Shown: positions 38,220 to 51,400, numbered from the stretch's first letter. The stretch: DNA of 64,000 nt from Eledone cirrhosa (GCA_964016885.1 OZ024742.1:372000001-372064000); one strand, 5' to 3'. Made by a program: numbers and translations. Notes: generated from the sequence alone by a model not told the origin.

Positions 38220-39930
38220 CATGTGAGTGTGCGCAAATACATATATATACATACACACACATACAAACACTCACAAACACATACATATGCATACGTGCAC
38301 ACACACACACATATATCACATAGATACGAAGAAAAACATATAAATAGAGAGACATACAAATATATACAGAACCCATATACACATACATACAAACACGCAT
38401 ATACATATATATACACATATATACACATATATATATTCTTATATACAAGCATAACATACACACACATATATACATATACATACACATATACATATCACAC
38501 ATTCACATACACATACATATATAATACATATATATACATATATATACATACATATGTATGTACAATCATATATACACACTCAATCTTACATTTATATTTA
38601 CATGCTCATATATGTATTTTTATATTTAGAAATAAATACCGAAACCTATAAGACACCCATCTACACATATATTCATACAAATACGCTTACAAAAACAGAT
38701 GATAATAGTATGGGGGAAAGGGGGGGTTTGGAGAAGGGGATCAAAGTAAATATATGTTTCAAGAAACATATAATATTTTCCATATCTTAATTCAATGTAT
38801 GTTCATACATATTTTTCAGTGCTAGGAAATACGAAATCTATGCATCACAAAATAAAAAAGTATACCATTAATCATATGTTAACTAAACCAAAGATAGTCA
38901 ACATATTGATTTCCAAGGTGTAAATTAGTTAGGTTTATAATATTTGAAGCAGAATTATGAAGTTAAAACAGTAGTAGATTATTAATTACATTATAACTAA
39001 ATTAAAGTTAATAACGTTATGGTATCAATATTAGGAGATGAATTTAGTAATAGGGAAAAGACACCAAAATAAAAATAAAATAAAATATTACATCGGTAGT
39101 AGCATATAAATTATATGTTAACTAAATTAAAAATTATATATTTATTTCAATAGTATACGTTAATTAGTATATGTTAATTAGGTATATAATAAATAAAGCA
39201 GATATTGTATTTCATCAATAGCATAATATAATTATATGCAAATAAAAATCAAAATTAATACGCATACATATACATATACATACACATACACATATATATA
39301 CATATACATACACATATATATATATATATATACATATATATACACATACATACATATATAGTCACATAAATATACATAGAGATACACATACAACACACAC
39401 ATATACATATACATATAGATATACATATCTTTTTCAAAAAATTGCACAGAATATATTAACTAGGTATATATCCAAAACACCTCCCATTCTATGATTACAT
39501 GACATTCTGCAATTCGTCTATACAAGGATACTAATTTTAAGCAAATTAAAATTAAAGTTTTAGGTTGATTAAAACTAAAACCAAATAATAAATATATTTC
39601 CAAAATATATATTAATTAGGTCTATAATACTAAAAATTCTTTCTCCGTCATAGGATACATGATATTATTTTGTTATATTTTATCTGTAAAAGGATTATAA
39701 TAAAAAAAATTATAATAAAAGGTTAAATTAAATTAAAAAATTATAATAAAAGGTTAAAATAAGTTAAAATTAATCTATAAATTAAATTACTGAATATATA
39801 TTAGTAATATTTAAAGGTTTTTCAAAATTTATGATTACATAATATTTTCTCATCTGTAATAAAATATTAATTAAATTAAATTTATAGGTTAACTAACATT
39901 TAAATTAAATTAAATTCTAGAATAATGTTG

Positions 39931-42357
39931 TTAATTAGGTTTATAATATTTAAATGTTTTTTTTAGTTTATGATTACACGATATAATTAATTCCTGTCTT
40001 TTATTTAATAAGATATCCCTAGACTTCATTATTTCAAATAGTTCTTGGGAACATAATCTACATTCCTTTCTATTATTTTGATAAGGGGTGGCTCTTTTGA
40101 GCACACTCCAGGTCAAATCATATTTTATATTTTTATTTTTATAACTATTGATTTTTTCTGCTAGAGATGTTGTATTAGCCAGTGCGGCATTTTTAAAGCT
40201 ATGTTTGTGGGTATTATACCTTGTCTTAAAATTGTTAGAGGTAGCTCCTATATATGAGCAAATAGAATCTTTAGTTTTAACATTACATTTATAGACTATG
40301 TTGTTAACAAGACAATTCCCTTTTAATGGGCAGTTTGTTTTGTTTCTACAGTTACATCCTTTCGTTAATTCTGTATTTGAGGAGATATTATTGTTAATTT
40401 GATGTACTGGTGGTATACTTATGGTTTTCTTACATTTATATGCATTATATGCACTTATATTTTGTTTTATGTTATTAGTTGTAGAGTATGAGAATTTAAC
40501 TGTAGACCTATTTAAGATTTGATGGTATTTGTGGTTTGGCGGGAAGTTTTTCTCAAGGATATAAAAAAATTTTTTAGCAATATTATCCTTAACTTGTAAA
40601 TTAAAAGGAGCATTATACCAAGTAACTCGTCTATTACGGTTTCTATGTTGTTTATTATTTTTATTATTTTTATATGTTGTATCATGATTTATGTTAATGA
40701 TCTCACCACAACTATTTTTAGTTATATTTGTAGATTTAGGTGTTTTATCTTTTTTATTAGGAGTTTTATTATTAATATTTATTATAGTCGTATGATGAGT
40801 AGTTTTTTGAGGGTTACTATACTTTATATTAGAAGATTTAGTATTTTGGGGTATACTGTGGGTGGCATTTAGGTGTGTACTTTTCATTTGGTGTTTGTTG
40901 GTAATATTATGCTGTATGCTTTCAGTATTTTTAGTAGAAGGTATATACTCTAATCTATTTTTGTGGCCACTTCTATCTAGAGCTTCATTATAAAAGGTCG
41001 CATTTTTATCAAATACATCTTGGTTAGAAGAAAGGTTAGAAATTCTAAGTGATATATTATATGCAAGGTTTTTAAGGATAGATTTAGGGTGATTAGATTG
41101 TGAGTGTATGTAATGTAAGTTTTGGTTAGGTTTATGGTAAGGTTGGTATATACCCGTAGCTAAATCTAAAGTTATATCTAGGAAATTTACTACTTTACTT
41201 GTTTTTTCAAAAGTAATATTAAGATTATAATAGTCTTTAAGGAAAGTTCTAATATGCTTTTTGTTTTTTTCGATTTCTGAAAGGCTAAGGTTGTTAGAAA
41301 GAAGAAGACAGTCATCACGATATAAACCACCTTTGAGGTGGGGAAAAGAGGCATTTATGTTGAAAAGGAGAAAGAGGCCCACAAGATCAGTAATTTGGGC
41401 AGAATCGCTTGAACCCATAGTAATATCAAAAAGATTACTATAAGTGTTTCTGGTCCAGTATTCATTCTGAAATTCAATAAGTGTTTGTCTAGCATGTGTA
41501 ATAATGTTAATGTCATCCGAAGTTAAATTAGATCTATTTTTAGCAAATATTAATGCTTTGTTCAGGAGTATGGGTGATATAGAAGAATAGTAATTATCTA
41601 TATCAAACTGTAGGAAAGAAGCAGAAGATTTACACCTAATATTTTTAAACCAATTAATTACCTGGGAGGTGTTTTCCCAGAGTGGTAAAATAACATATTT
41701 TCTTACTTGTGGGATGACTCTATCTAAAATTTTTTTGCTAATTATTCCAATATCTGATTTGGAGGGACATATAAGTCTAATAGAGGGATTAGAGTTAAAG
41801 TTAGATTTGTGATCTTTCAGGTTGAAGTGTGGACTTCTCAATGCCAAAGGTTCAGTTCTATCTTCAATATTTAGTTTTTTTACTATGTTGTGTGTTTTGT
41901 TGTTGATGTTGGTGAGTGACACACTATTAGATTTTTTATAATTTTTTCTGAGTTCTTTATATATGAACTCATTATAATGTTCAATATCCATATGATACAA
42001 GTTACCAGTTTTGTCCGAGTGGACATGGATTTTTTTAGACTTTTTTAGGTCCAATAGGGTAGAATCAAGGTCCTTTTGAAAGACGGATTTATACTTTTTA
42101 AATTTGAGGTGTTTAATTAAATTAAAAAGGTCTTTCTCGAAGTCTTCAAGTAAAAAGTTGTGTGGTGGATTCTTGTAAGTGTTGAAATCATACATATATT
42201 TCCGATCTGCTTGTTTAGATTTTCTATCGAAGTGGTAGGCTCTCCATCTAACCCTTCTGATAAAATTATTAGTTTTCTGAATCATAAGGAGTAAGAAGTC
42301 GTCCTTAGAAGGTATTGGTATGTTTTTTAAGGAGGTTCCTAAATATTGTTTTTCCAT
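39931..42357 (-). CDS. Intact Naiad-type PLE protein, 808 aa (RT + Cys linker + GIY-YIG endonuclease)
   Basis: ATG at 42357 (MEKQYLGTSLKNIPIP); DKTG, LKDHK, FDI..YSSI, MGS, YRDD, CNC..CPL.G.C, IVY/YIG, CRLC..LLNKR.E...C.H. Confidence 0.93.
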   Translation of the reverse strand: MEKQYLGTSLKNIPIPSKDDFLLLMIQKTNNFIRRVRWRAYHFDRKSKQADRKYMYDFNTYKNPPHNFLLEDFEKDLFNLIKHLKFKKYKSVFQKDLDSTLLDLKKSKKIHVHSDKTGNLYHMDIEHYNEFIYKELRKNYKKSNSVSLTNINNKTHNIVKKLNIEDRTEPLALRSPHFNLKDHKSNFNSNPSIRLICPSKSDIGIISKKILDRVIPQVRKYVILPLWENTSQVINWFKNIRCKSSASFLQFDIDNYYSSISPILLNKALIFAKNRSNLTSDDINIITHARQTLIEFQNEYWTRNTYSNLFDITMGSSDSAQITDLVGLFLLFNINASFPHLKGGLYRDDCLLLSNNLSLSEIEKNKKHIRTFLKDYYNLNITFEKTSKVVNFLDITLDLATGIYQPYHKPNQNLHYIHSQSNHPKSILKNLAYNISLRISNLSSNQDVFDKNATFYNEALDRSGHKNRLEYIPSTKNTESIQHNITNKHQMKSTHLNATHSIPQNTKSSNIKYSNPQKTTHHTTIININNKTPNKKDKTPKSTNITKNSCGEIININHDTTYKNNKNNKQHRNRNRRVTWYNAPFNLQVKDNIAKKFFYILEKNFPPNHKYHQILNRSTVKFSYSTTNNIKQNISAYNAYKCKKTISIPPVHQINNNISSNTELTKGCNCRNKTNCPLKGNCLVNNIVYKCNVKTKDSICSYIGATSNNFKTRYNTHKHSFKNAALANTTSLAEKINSYKNKNIKYDLTWSVLKRATPYQNNRKECRLCSQELFEIMKSRDILLNKRQELIISCNHKLKKTFKYYKPN

Positions 42358-42700
42358 TGTGATATGGATGATGGACAATTGAAAGAGCTCAACTAAATGT
42401 ATATGGGTTTACAAAATCATACATATATATATGTTTATACATAAATATAAAATTAATACACACATACAGTACAAAAATACGAATATTTCCGTGAAAATAG
42501 GAGCAAAATTATGTAGATAAATCTACCAAGAGTTTACGGTAGTGTCCAATCCGTATGAAGAACTCAATGTATTCCGGATATCATGGAAAGAAGAGATGTA
42601 ATAAAAATCCAATTTCGGTGAAAGATAAACGGTATACAGAGTCAAGATAAAATATTAAACAAATAATGAACAAACAATTCCTTATATTAAACAAAAAAAG

Positions 42701-42855
42701 TTCACTATTTAACGATCGTTTCTAGGGTATATATGTGTTATAGTTGGTATGCATATTTAACAGATCTATGTACAAAATTATACAAAATTATACAAATTAT
42801 CAAGATTAAATATACATACCTAACTCATATATACGCCGTCTTCAGAAATAATGAA
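42701..42855 (-). ncRNA. Type I HHR (family A) in the upstream pLTR
   Basis: Tandem copy of the motif. Confidence 0.8.
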
Positions 42856-43328
42856 GTATATTTATTGATAATAACAACAATTCAAAATATCAGTTCAAAA
42901 TTGACCAATGAAAACACAAAGGGTTAAAAAGCAGTTTGGTGTGTGTATATACATGTAAAAACCTTACACATATTTTACAATAATGTGTGTATAATTTGTA
43001 TGTGCATACTAAAAAGATGGATGTAAATACAAAATTTCAAGGTTAATATCTCTGTAAGCTTAATGCGCTGATAAGATACGCAATGATACTTATGGAGTCA
43101 AGCATATAAATATATTTTTTTCATACTCACACATATCTGTATAATCACACATACATGTGCGTATATGTATAAATATACACATAACCACGAACATACAAAC
43201 ACACACACTCCCCCACTCACATTTATATATGTGGATATAAAATCATAAGCAAATAGAAATTAAGTCACTCACATACAAACACTGGTACACACATTTCAAG
43301 ATCAAGATACAGAAATTAGGTGGGAAGG

Positions 43329-43831
<503 letters not shown>

Positions 43832-44040
43832 GTTGTTATATTTGGGGAGGGTCATATTTGCGTAATATTGCCAGAATTAATAACAGAACACACTCACTGT
43901 TTGGTTGGTTTTCGCTTCTCGCTGTCTTTTATATATATATATCTGCGATCTAACTTACTCGGTCCTCAATGTTGCCATTGACTGACCGGCGGTCAAAAAT
44001 AATACAGATACAATATAGACAAACACATATATATATAGTT

Positions 44041-44082
44041 TACATAAATCTTTCGTTGCACATCTGCAACATCGTCAGTGGT
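44041..44082 (-). ncRNA. Minimal HHR in pLTR
   Basis: ca-CTGACGA-t-gttgca-gatg-tgcaac-GAAA-gatt-TA-tg; stem I is weak. Confidence 0.65.
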
Positions 44083-44348
44083 GTTATATTCATTGTTCCT
44101 CCTGTTGTGTTGTATGTCTACGCCATTTTTTTTGTTCAGTCTGTCTATATATTTATTTATTTATTTGCTTGTTTGTTTATCTTATTTTATTTTGTCTTCT
44201 TTGCGCATGCGTTTGCGTGTGTGTATAGTGTTATGTGTGATGTGTGACTAGTGTGTATAGTGTTGTCTGCTGGGTGACTAGTGTGTGTTTATGTGCTTGT
44301 GTATGTATTTATTTATCTTATTTTATTTAATTTAATTTACTTATTTAT

Positions 44349-47300
44349 TTATACTTCTCTTAGGTCAGTGTTGTTTGTTTGGGTGTTGTTGTTGTTCCAC
44401 TCATTCTTTCTGTTTAGCTTTGGTCTTCTAATTTCTATTTCACTGGCCTCTCTGATTTGCCTATCTGCTGGGTCATTCCTATGTTTAGATACTATTCTAA
44501 TTTCTATGTTGTCTATGTTACCGTCATGATGTTGTCTAGCATGTTCGTATAGTACTGACCCGTTTTTTCGTCCTTTTAGTTCCCCCCAGTGTTGGTCTAT
44601 CCTTTCACCTATGCTACGAGCTGTCTCACCTATGTATGTTGTTGTCGTGTTTCTGCAAGTACCCTCTGTACATCTTATGCTATAGACTACGTTTCTAGTT
44701 TTACAGTTTATCCGGGGGTTCACCTTACATATGATACATTTCCTATTGGTACAGTGGGTTTTCTTAAAAGGGTAGGTTTTGCTGATCAGGGATTTTATGG
44801 TGGTTCCTGGCTTTTCTACCACCTTTATTTTTAAGTGGGTCTTTCTCAGGGCCTTTCTACACTGGTTAGCTAATTTCCCTCCAGGGGTGGCGTCCACAAA
44901 CATGACACTCTGATATCTCTGGTTGTCGTACCATGATGTGGCCTTCCCTATCTTATGTCTAGCCCTATCTAAGCTATTCCATGATTTGCTCCTGTATAGT
45001 GGGCAAATTCCTTTCATGTCCAGTTCTATGAGGGTCTTATACTTTTCCATGGCTCCTTCGTATACTCTGACTCTGTCTCTTTGGTTGTAGCCAGAGAACT
45101 GCATGCGGTTGATGAAGTGTTGGATGTGTCCTTCCATTTCTGTTGGGTCGCACATGCTGGACACATTCTTCATCACTCGTACCAAATCTGCGATCAGAAT
45201 ATTAAACTTAGCACTACTGGACATTGCTGAGTTTTTGAGTATCAGGTATTTGGAGGCCATGGGTTTAGCATAGTGTGAGTGGAGAATTTGGGCTCTCTCG
45301 TCTATAGTGTTAATCCAGAGTTCTGTGTCTAATACAGGTAGTCTATTGTTAGGGTGTTTGGAAGGGAAGTCTATAGTTACAGTTATACTCTGGTGTATGG
45401 AATTAGCTATCTGCTGGATGCTTTCCATCGTGCTACGTTCTAAATCAAACTTGTTAGTGCTCTCTAGTGGGGGTGTTCTTATAACTATATTGATATCGTC
45501 TACATAACGAGAGTACATGATGAGGTCTATGGAGCTTTCATTAAGGAGATCTTTAAGTCTCCTTTCCCACCATACCATGAAAAGGTTGGCAACATCGCCA
45601 GCTATGCTGACGCCGATGGCTGCTCCCTCATTTTGGGTGTAGATTTTCTCATTGAACTTAAATATGTGGCCCTTTAGGGTAGTTTTGATACTAGCCCCTA
45701 TTGCATGTGCGACCATTTTTCTTACCTGATCAGTGTTTTGGGGGGTCCGTATAGCTTTGGTCCACCCAATCCACCTTCCTATGGGAGTCTTTTTAGCCAT
45801 TGAGGTTATGGTGGGGGGTCTACCTCTTATAGGTCTACTAGGGCAGAAACATCTAAGGTCATGGCTGTCTAGGTAGTCAGTGTCGTAGGTAAGTCTAAGT
45901 AGGAGGCCCAGTTCGTCTGTTTCGACGTCGCAGAACTCCACCTCACTCTCAATGATCATCTCCACACATCTTTTCACAGCAAAATCAATGTTAATGGATG
46001 GGTACAGTGACACCACATCCATGCTGCCTATTATGCAGTTGGATAGGCTCCTGTTTTTGTTGCACTCACTGATTCTGCTGAGGAGGTCCTCTGTACTTTC
46101 ACATACATCTGGGGACATCTTGATTATGGGGCGTATAACCATTGAGAGGAAGTAGGAGATCCTGTAGTTGCTAGCTATATTAGCTCCGCATACAGGTCTT
46201 GTTGGTGGTCCTATTGTCGGGTCGTCGACTGTCTTGTGGTCTTTGCGGAGCCCATACAAGGGTGGTATGCCATTGTTAGACGCCTGGAAGTTGTTGGCAG
46301 TGCGTCTGCTTGGCTTTAGGATGTCAGTCCACATCATCATGTGAGCGTTGAGGATTTTTTCTCTCCCATCGTGTGTTAGTTGTGCAACTTCGCTCGTGTT
46401 GGTGATGTGGGGTTGCATTGCCTCGATGTAGTTCGGCATGCTATCTATTGACATCCTACCAGACTTATCTGTGGGTAGACACACTACCTCACCATCCCTT
46501 GTGCGCTGCTTGAGGCTAACCAAGCCTTCTACAGGTTTTATCCCAAGTTGTTGGGCCTCTGGTCTGCTCTGTCTCATAGTGTACCTGTCTACTACTTGTC
46601 TAATCTTATTTCTAGCTATGGTGAACTGTGCCTCCGTCTCGTCATCTATTTGTTGTGGTATGCAAACTCTTTTATTAAAGGGTAACCTCGTAGGATAGAT
46701 ATTACCCATCTTATATGTTTTGTCAGCTGGGTTGAAAAATAGTTTCTCTAAGGGGTTGTCGTTATTTCTATCGTCATAGTTGTGTGTGTTGCTATTATTG
46801 TTATCATGGTGGTTGTTGTTGTTTCTATCCTTAGCATTAATATTATTATTGTTATGATTGCTAGATGTATTGTTGTTTACTTCACCGTTATTGTTGTTGT
46901 TACTGCTATTTCTACCATTGTGGTTGTTACTATTATTATGTTTCTTGTTTTTGTTGATGTTGCTACATGTACTATTTCCATTATTACCACTGTGGTTATT
47001 GTTGTTGTTGTTGTTCGTATTGTTACCGTTATTACTACTGTGGTCACTGTTGCTGTGTCTGTGGTTAACGTTTCTATTATTATTATTATTGTGGTTGTTG
47101 TTGTTCTGTCTATCGCTAGTATTATTACCATTATCACTATTTCTCACTTTCCTGCCATTGTTATGGTTATGGCTGTTATTTCTATACCCAGAGTTATTGT
47201 TTATATTACTACTACCGTTATTATTGTTGTTGTTGTTTACCTTTGCATTCCAACGTATTTTTGTGAAACACTTTTCCAGCTCCGTTTTGCATTCCATAGG

Positions 47301-47978
47301 ATTAATCTTTTTGTAGATGGCAAATTTTGGTGGTAACTTTAGGATTTGTTGTTCTTGTTCACTGATTAAAGTGTTCCCATAGATATTTACTGTGTGGTCA
47401 TTGGTAAATTCTTCCGGTAGTTTTACATCACTCATACGGATGTTGTCGATGTTATCTGGGTATTTTTGAGAATATTCGATTTTCCTTTCTTGTAGTTTTT
47501 TCTTATTCATCCATTCTAATTTCTTCTTGAAATGCCTACAGCATTCGTTTTGAGCATATTTCGTTTCGCGTCGGATGACGCTCATGAAGTCATCTCTCTC
47601 GTTTGCTGTGATGAGATTTCGGATTTCCTTACCGTTGATGCGTTTTTGTCTGTAGAGTGCGTTGACTTTTGTGTATGTTGTTCTTTTCATATTAACTGTT
47701 ATTGTGTGTTTTAGCCGTTCAGCTTGTGTTTTGTTCAATAATAAATTATTTACTTGTTTTGATATGTTTGTTGTGTATGTTTTGGAGGAAACACAGTGTT
47801 TTAAGAAGCGGATTTGTTCTGTTGTTATTGTAGTTTTTATATAACAGAAAACAGTGTCTTTCAATAACCTTTCAGCTTGGCACAAGCTAATGCCATAGCG
47901 GCGATGAATTAGTTTTGCGAGGTTTTTTATATGAAATCGTGTGTCGAAACAGATATTGTTATATTTGGGGAGGGTCAT
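44349..47978 (-). CDS. PLE protein, 1209 aa (Asn-rich insert, RT, Cys linker, GIY-YIG)
   Basis: DKSG, LRKDHK, MDVVSLYPSI, GAAIG, RYVDD, LPVLD, C..C..C..C, VVY..YIGETARSIGER..H, E..LN. Confidence 0.93.
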   Translation of the reverse strand: MTLPKYNNICFDTRFHIKNLAKLIHRRYGISLCQAERLLKDTVFCYIKTTITTEQIRFLKHCVSSKTYTTNISKQVNNLLLNKTQAERLKHTITVNMKRTTYTKVNALYRQKRINGKEIRNLITANERDDFMSVIRRETKYAQNECCRHFKKKLEWMNKKKLQERKIEYSQKYPDNIDNIRMSDVKLPEEFTNDHTVNIYGNTLISEQEQQILKLPPKFAIYKKINPMECKTELEKCFTKIRWNAKVNNNNNNNGSSNINNNSGYRNNSHNHNNGRKVRNSDNGNNTSDRQNNNNHNNNNNRNVNHRHSNSDHSSNNGNNTNNNNNNNHSGNNGNSTCSNINKNKKHNNSNNHNGRNSSNNNNNGEVNNNTSSNHNNNNINAKDRNNNNHHDNNNSNTHNYDDRNNDNPLEKLFFNPADKTYKMGNIYPTRLPFNKRVCIPQQIDDETEAQFTIARNKIRQVVDRYTMRQSRPEAQQLGIKPVEGLVSLKQRTRDGEVVCLPTDKSGRMSIDSMPNYIEAMQPHITNTSEVAQLTHDGREKILNAHMMMWTDILKPSRRTANNFQASNNGIPPLYGLRKDHKTVDDPTIGPPTRPVCGANIASNYRISYFLSMVIRPIIKMSPDVCESTEDLLSRISECNKNRSLSNCIIGSMDVVSLYPSINIDFAVKRCVEMIIESEVEFCDVETDELGLLLRLTYDTDYLDSHDLRCFCPSRPIRGRPPTITSMAKKTPIGRWIGWTKAIRTPQNTDQVRKMVAHAIGASIKTTLKGHIFKFNEKIYTQNEGAAIGVSIAGDVANLFMVWWERRLKDLLNESSIDLIMYSRYVDDINIVIRTPPLESTNKFDLERSTMESIQQIANSIHQSITVTIDFPSKHPNNRLPVLDTELWINTIDERAQILHSHYAKPMASKYLILKNSAMSSSAKFNILIADLVRVMKNVSSMCDPTEMEGHIQHFINRMQFSGYNQRDRVRVYEGAMEKYKTLIELDMKGICPLYRSKSWNSLDRARHKIGKATSWYDNQRYQSVMFVDATPGGKLANQCRKALRKTHLKIKVVEKPGTTIKSLISKTYPFKKTHCTNRKCIICKVNPRINCKTRNVVYSIRCTEGTCRNTTTTYIGETARSIGERIDQHWGELKGRKNGSVLYEHARQHHDGNIDNIEIRIVSKHRNDPADRQIREASEIEIRRPKLNRKNEWNNNNTQTNNTDLREV

Positions 47979-48163
47979 ATTTGCGTAATATTGCCAGAAT
48001 TAATAACAGAACACACTCACTGTTTGGTTGGTTTTCGCTTCTCGCTGTCTTTTATATATATATATCTGCGATCTAACTTACTCGGTCCTCAATGTTGCCA
48101 TTGACTGACCGGCGGTCAAAAATAATACAGATACAATATAGACAAACACATATATATATAGTT

Positions 48164-48205
48164 TACATAAATCTTTCGTTGCACATCTGCAACATCGTCA
48201 GTGGT
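48164..48205 (-). ncRNA. Minimal HHR in the upstream pLTR
   Basis: Copy of 44041-44082. Confidence 0.65.
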
Positions 48206-48498
48206 GTTATATTCATTGTTCCTCCTGTTGTGTTGTATGTCTACGCCATTTTTTTTGTTCAGTCTGTCTATATATTTATTTATTTATTTGCTTGTTTGTT
48301 TATCTTATTTTATTTTGTCTTCTTTGCGCATGCGTTTGCGTGTGTGTATAGTGTTATGTGTGATGTGTGACTAGTGTGTATAGTGTTGTCTGCTGGGTGA
48401 CTAGTGTGTGTTTATGTGCTTGTGTATGTATTTATTTATCTTATTTTATTTAATTTAATTTACTTATTTATTTATACTTTATATATATATGTATATAC

Positions 48499-51400
48499 AC
48501 ATACTCTAATTTAACACCAACACAACCACCAATAACTCAAACAAGGAATCCACAAATCTGCCGTTTTTCCCTGCGAGACAGATTGTGTTTAGACCGGGAT
48601 TGTCCCTTTACCCATCTCCCGGGGACCCGTCGGATAAATGAAAATAAAATTAAAAATAAAAGCAAAAACAAAAACCATAACCTACATAAAAATAACCACT
48701 ACCACAGTCACCAACAGTCTTCTAAACAGGAAACTTCTTCCTCTTTTTTAGCCATAATGAATCTGGCAAAAGAACTGGAAAAAAACATTCGAGCTATCAC
48801 CCAGCACCACCCTCCACTATCACCCCACTGCACAAACTCCCATTGCTGCCATTAACAAACAAACAAATTAACAACACACCAAAACAATTAAAACCATCCA
48901 CTCTCGCCTCTACATTTTTGCTTAACGCCCAAGGCATCAGCCCTTCCACCAATACTCAAAAATGGAAGATCAAATTCCTGGAGGACTGGATTGATGTCCA
49001 TCCAAACCACATCCCTTTCTTCGTCCTCACTGAAACCCATCTCAGTAACCTCCACTTGGAAGCCGAGGTGAAAGTGAAAAATTTCAAAGCCATCCGTGCT
49101 GATCGCGCTGGCAGAAGAAAGGGCGGAACTGCCATTTATGTCCATAATTCTTTCTCAACAGAGGCTATGAACATATTCACTAATGGATACTGTGAGGCAG
49201 TCACTGTATTCAGTCAAACCAACAACCTATTAGTAGTTGGGCTCTATAGGCCACCCCAAACGCCTGTACCATGCTTCAAGGAATGCCTCAACAGCATAAA
49301 GTGTTTCATCCAAGAGTGTCACCCTGACAACATCTTAATGATGGGGGACTTCAACCTCCCCGGAGTTGACTGGTCCACAAACACCCTGCCACCAGGTTCT
49401 TCTGCCTCAACCTCTGACAGGGAAGCTGTGGAATCGCTTCTTGACTTCATGGATGATTTCTTCCTATCCCAACTAGTGCTCGAACCAACGAGGTGCCACA
49501 AAAACGTCCTAGACTTAATTTTCAGCAATCACACTGACAATATCCACAATATTGCAGTGGAGAAAACTCTACTCTCTGATCATGACATGGTTCTCTGTGA
49601 TCTGAGATTCCACCGTCCAATATACAAACCCAATGTCATCTCTCCTGTCCATCCGTTTGACGCTATGGATTTCCACAATGCAAACTGGGAAGCGATCAGT
49701 CATGATCTTGCACATGTCGACTGGTCCTTCACGCACACTCATACACCCACTAACATCAAAAAGTCCTGGCAGACATTTGTGGACACTGTTACAAACATAT
49801 GTGCTAAACACACCCCATTAAGAACTATAAACAAATCTAAGAGCAGAATCCCTAGAAATAGAAAAACGCTCATCAGAAAAATTAAGAGAACGAACAAAAA
49901 AATCAACAAGCTGAAATACTGTCAGCAGCAACACATCAACTTGACTGCCATTTCATCACTAGAGATTAAAAAACATAACCTCCAAAACAACATAATGTCC
50001 CTCATCAACAATCAGAGAAGAGCTGAAGAGGCCTGGGCCATTGAGAAGATCAAACTCAATCCCAAAGTGTTCTTTTCATTTGCAAAAAAACACAAAATCA
50101 CTGGCTCTACTGTTGGCCCTCTAATTGATGAAAATGGCACTCTTCAAGACAATGCTAAAACCATGGGTGAGATACTGCAGAAACAATACTGCTCTGTTTT
50201 CAGCAATCCTGATATGGCCGATCTGGGCTGTATCGGCGATGTTACTCCCCATTACACCTTATCGGACATAACGTTTGGCGCCCCTGATGTCTTGGCGGCA
50301 ATAAAGGAAATCAAGCATAATTCAGCAGTAGGTCCCGATAGGTTCCCTGCTTGTGTCTTGAAGGCGTGTCAACACCAACTTGCTTCTCCTCTTGCCAATC
50401 TGTGGCGGAACTCACTGGATGCTGGATATGTGCCAGAAAACCTTCTATCCCAGTCTGTTGTCCCAGTTTTCAAAAAGGGAAACAAATCCCTTGCCGTGAA
50501 TTACCGTCCAATCTCACTCACCTCTCATATCATTAAGGTATTTGAGCGAGTGGTGAGATCGCGAATGACCCACTTCCTTGAGAGTAACAATATGCTGAAC
50601 TCCAACCAGCATGGATTCCGTAATGGAAGGGATTGCCTGACGCAACTACTGCATCACTTTGATGACATTTTGAGAGCCTTGGGAGAGGGTTCCAACACTG
50701 ATGTTATCTACCTTGATTTCAGCAAGGCCTTTGACAGGGTTGATCATAACATTCTACTGAGAAAGCTGTCCAATATTGGTGTCACTGGAAAGCTGCTGCA
50801 GTGGATCAAGAGCTTCCTGTCAAACAGAACCCAACATGTTGTAGTTGAGGGAGTCAAATCAAGCCCAGCCAAAGTCAGTAGTGGAGTCCCACAAGGCACT
50901 GTGTTGGGCCCACTTCTCTTCATCATCTATATTAATGACATCACTGACATCATCAAACACAGCAACATTAAAATTTTCGCTGATGATTCCAAGCTCCAAA
51001 AGGTCATCAATGGCGTGGATGACCGGATAAGCCTTCAGTCAGACCTACTGGCTGTTACCCAATGGGCAGAAAAGAACAACATGTTACTGAACGAAGACAA
51101 ATTCGAACTGATCCACTTTGGAAAAGAGGATGCTCTGAAACTCCCGTACTCCCTTCCCTCCGGGGAAACTCTCGTGGCATCTAACAACATCAGAGACTTG
51201 GGAGTAACCGTGGACAGCAACATAAGCTGGACCACGCATATAAGCAGCAAAGTTGACATGGCCCGCAGAATGTGTTCCTGGATCCTCAGAACCTTCCAGT
51301 CGAGAGATTCCCGCACCATTATCCTTCTCTTCTCTACTTTCGCCCGACCACACCTTGAATACTGTTGTCCACTGTGGTCTCCCCACACGAAACAAAGTAT

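Larger units (their letters stand above)
30204..43328 (-). mobile_element. Tandem Naiad PLE: two ~6155-bp units plus an 816-bp pLTR
   Basis: Units start at 30204, 36359 and 42513 (GTAGATAAATCTACC) and are near-identical, including the microsatellite-rich UTR. Confidence 0.95.
43831..48478 (-). mobile_element. Complete PLE with ~520-bp direct pLTRs (43833-44355 and 47956-48478); Neptune-like, clade uncertain
   Basis: Direct repeats flank one ORF, and the downstream repeat extends through the first codons (MTLPKYNN). Confidence 0.92.

Noticed and set aside
39931-42357. Selenoprotein-type Naiad
   Set aside because: Some Naiads use in-frame UGA, but this ORF is fully open with Cys codons and no SECIS was recognised.
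46782-47336. Hydrophobic + strand ORFs
   Set aside because: They are antisense shadows of the Asn-rich repeat.
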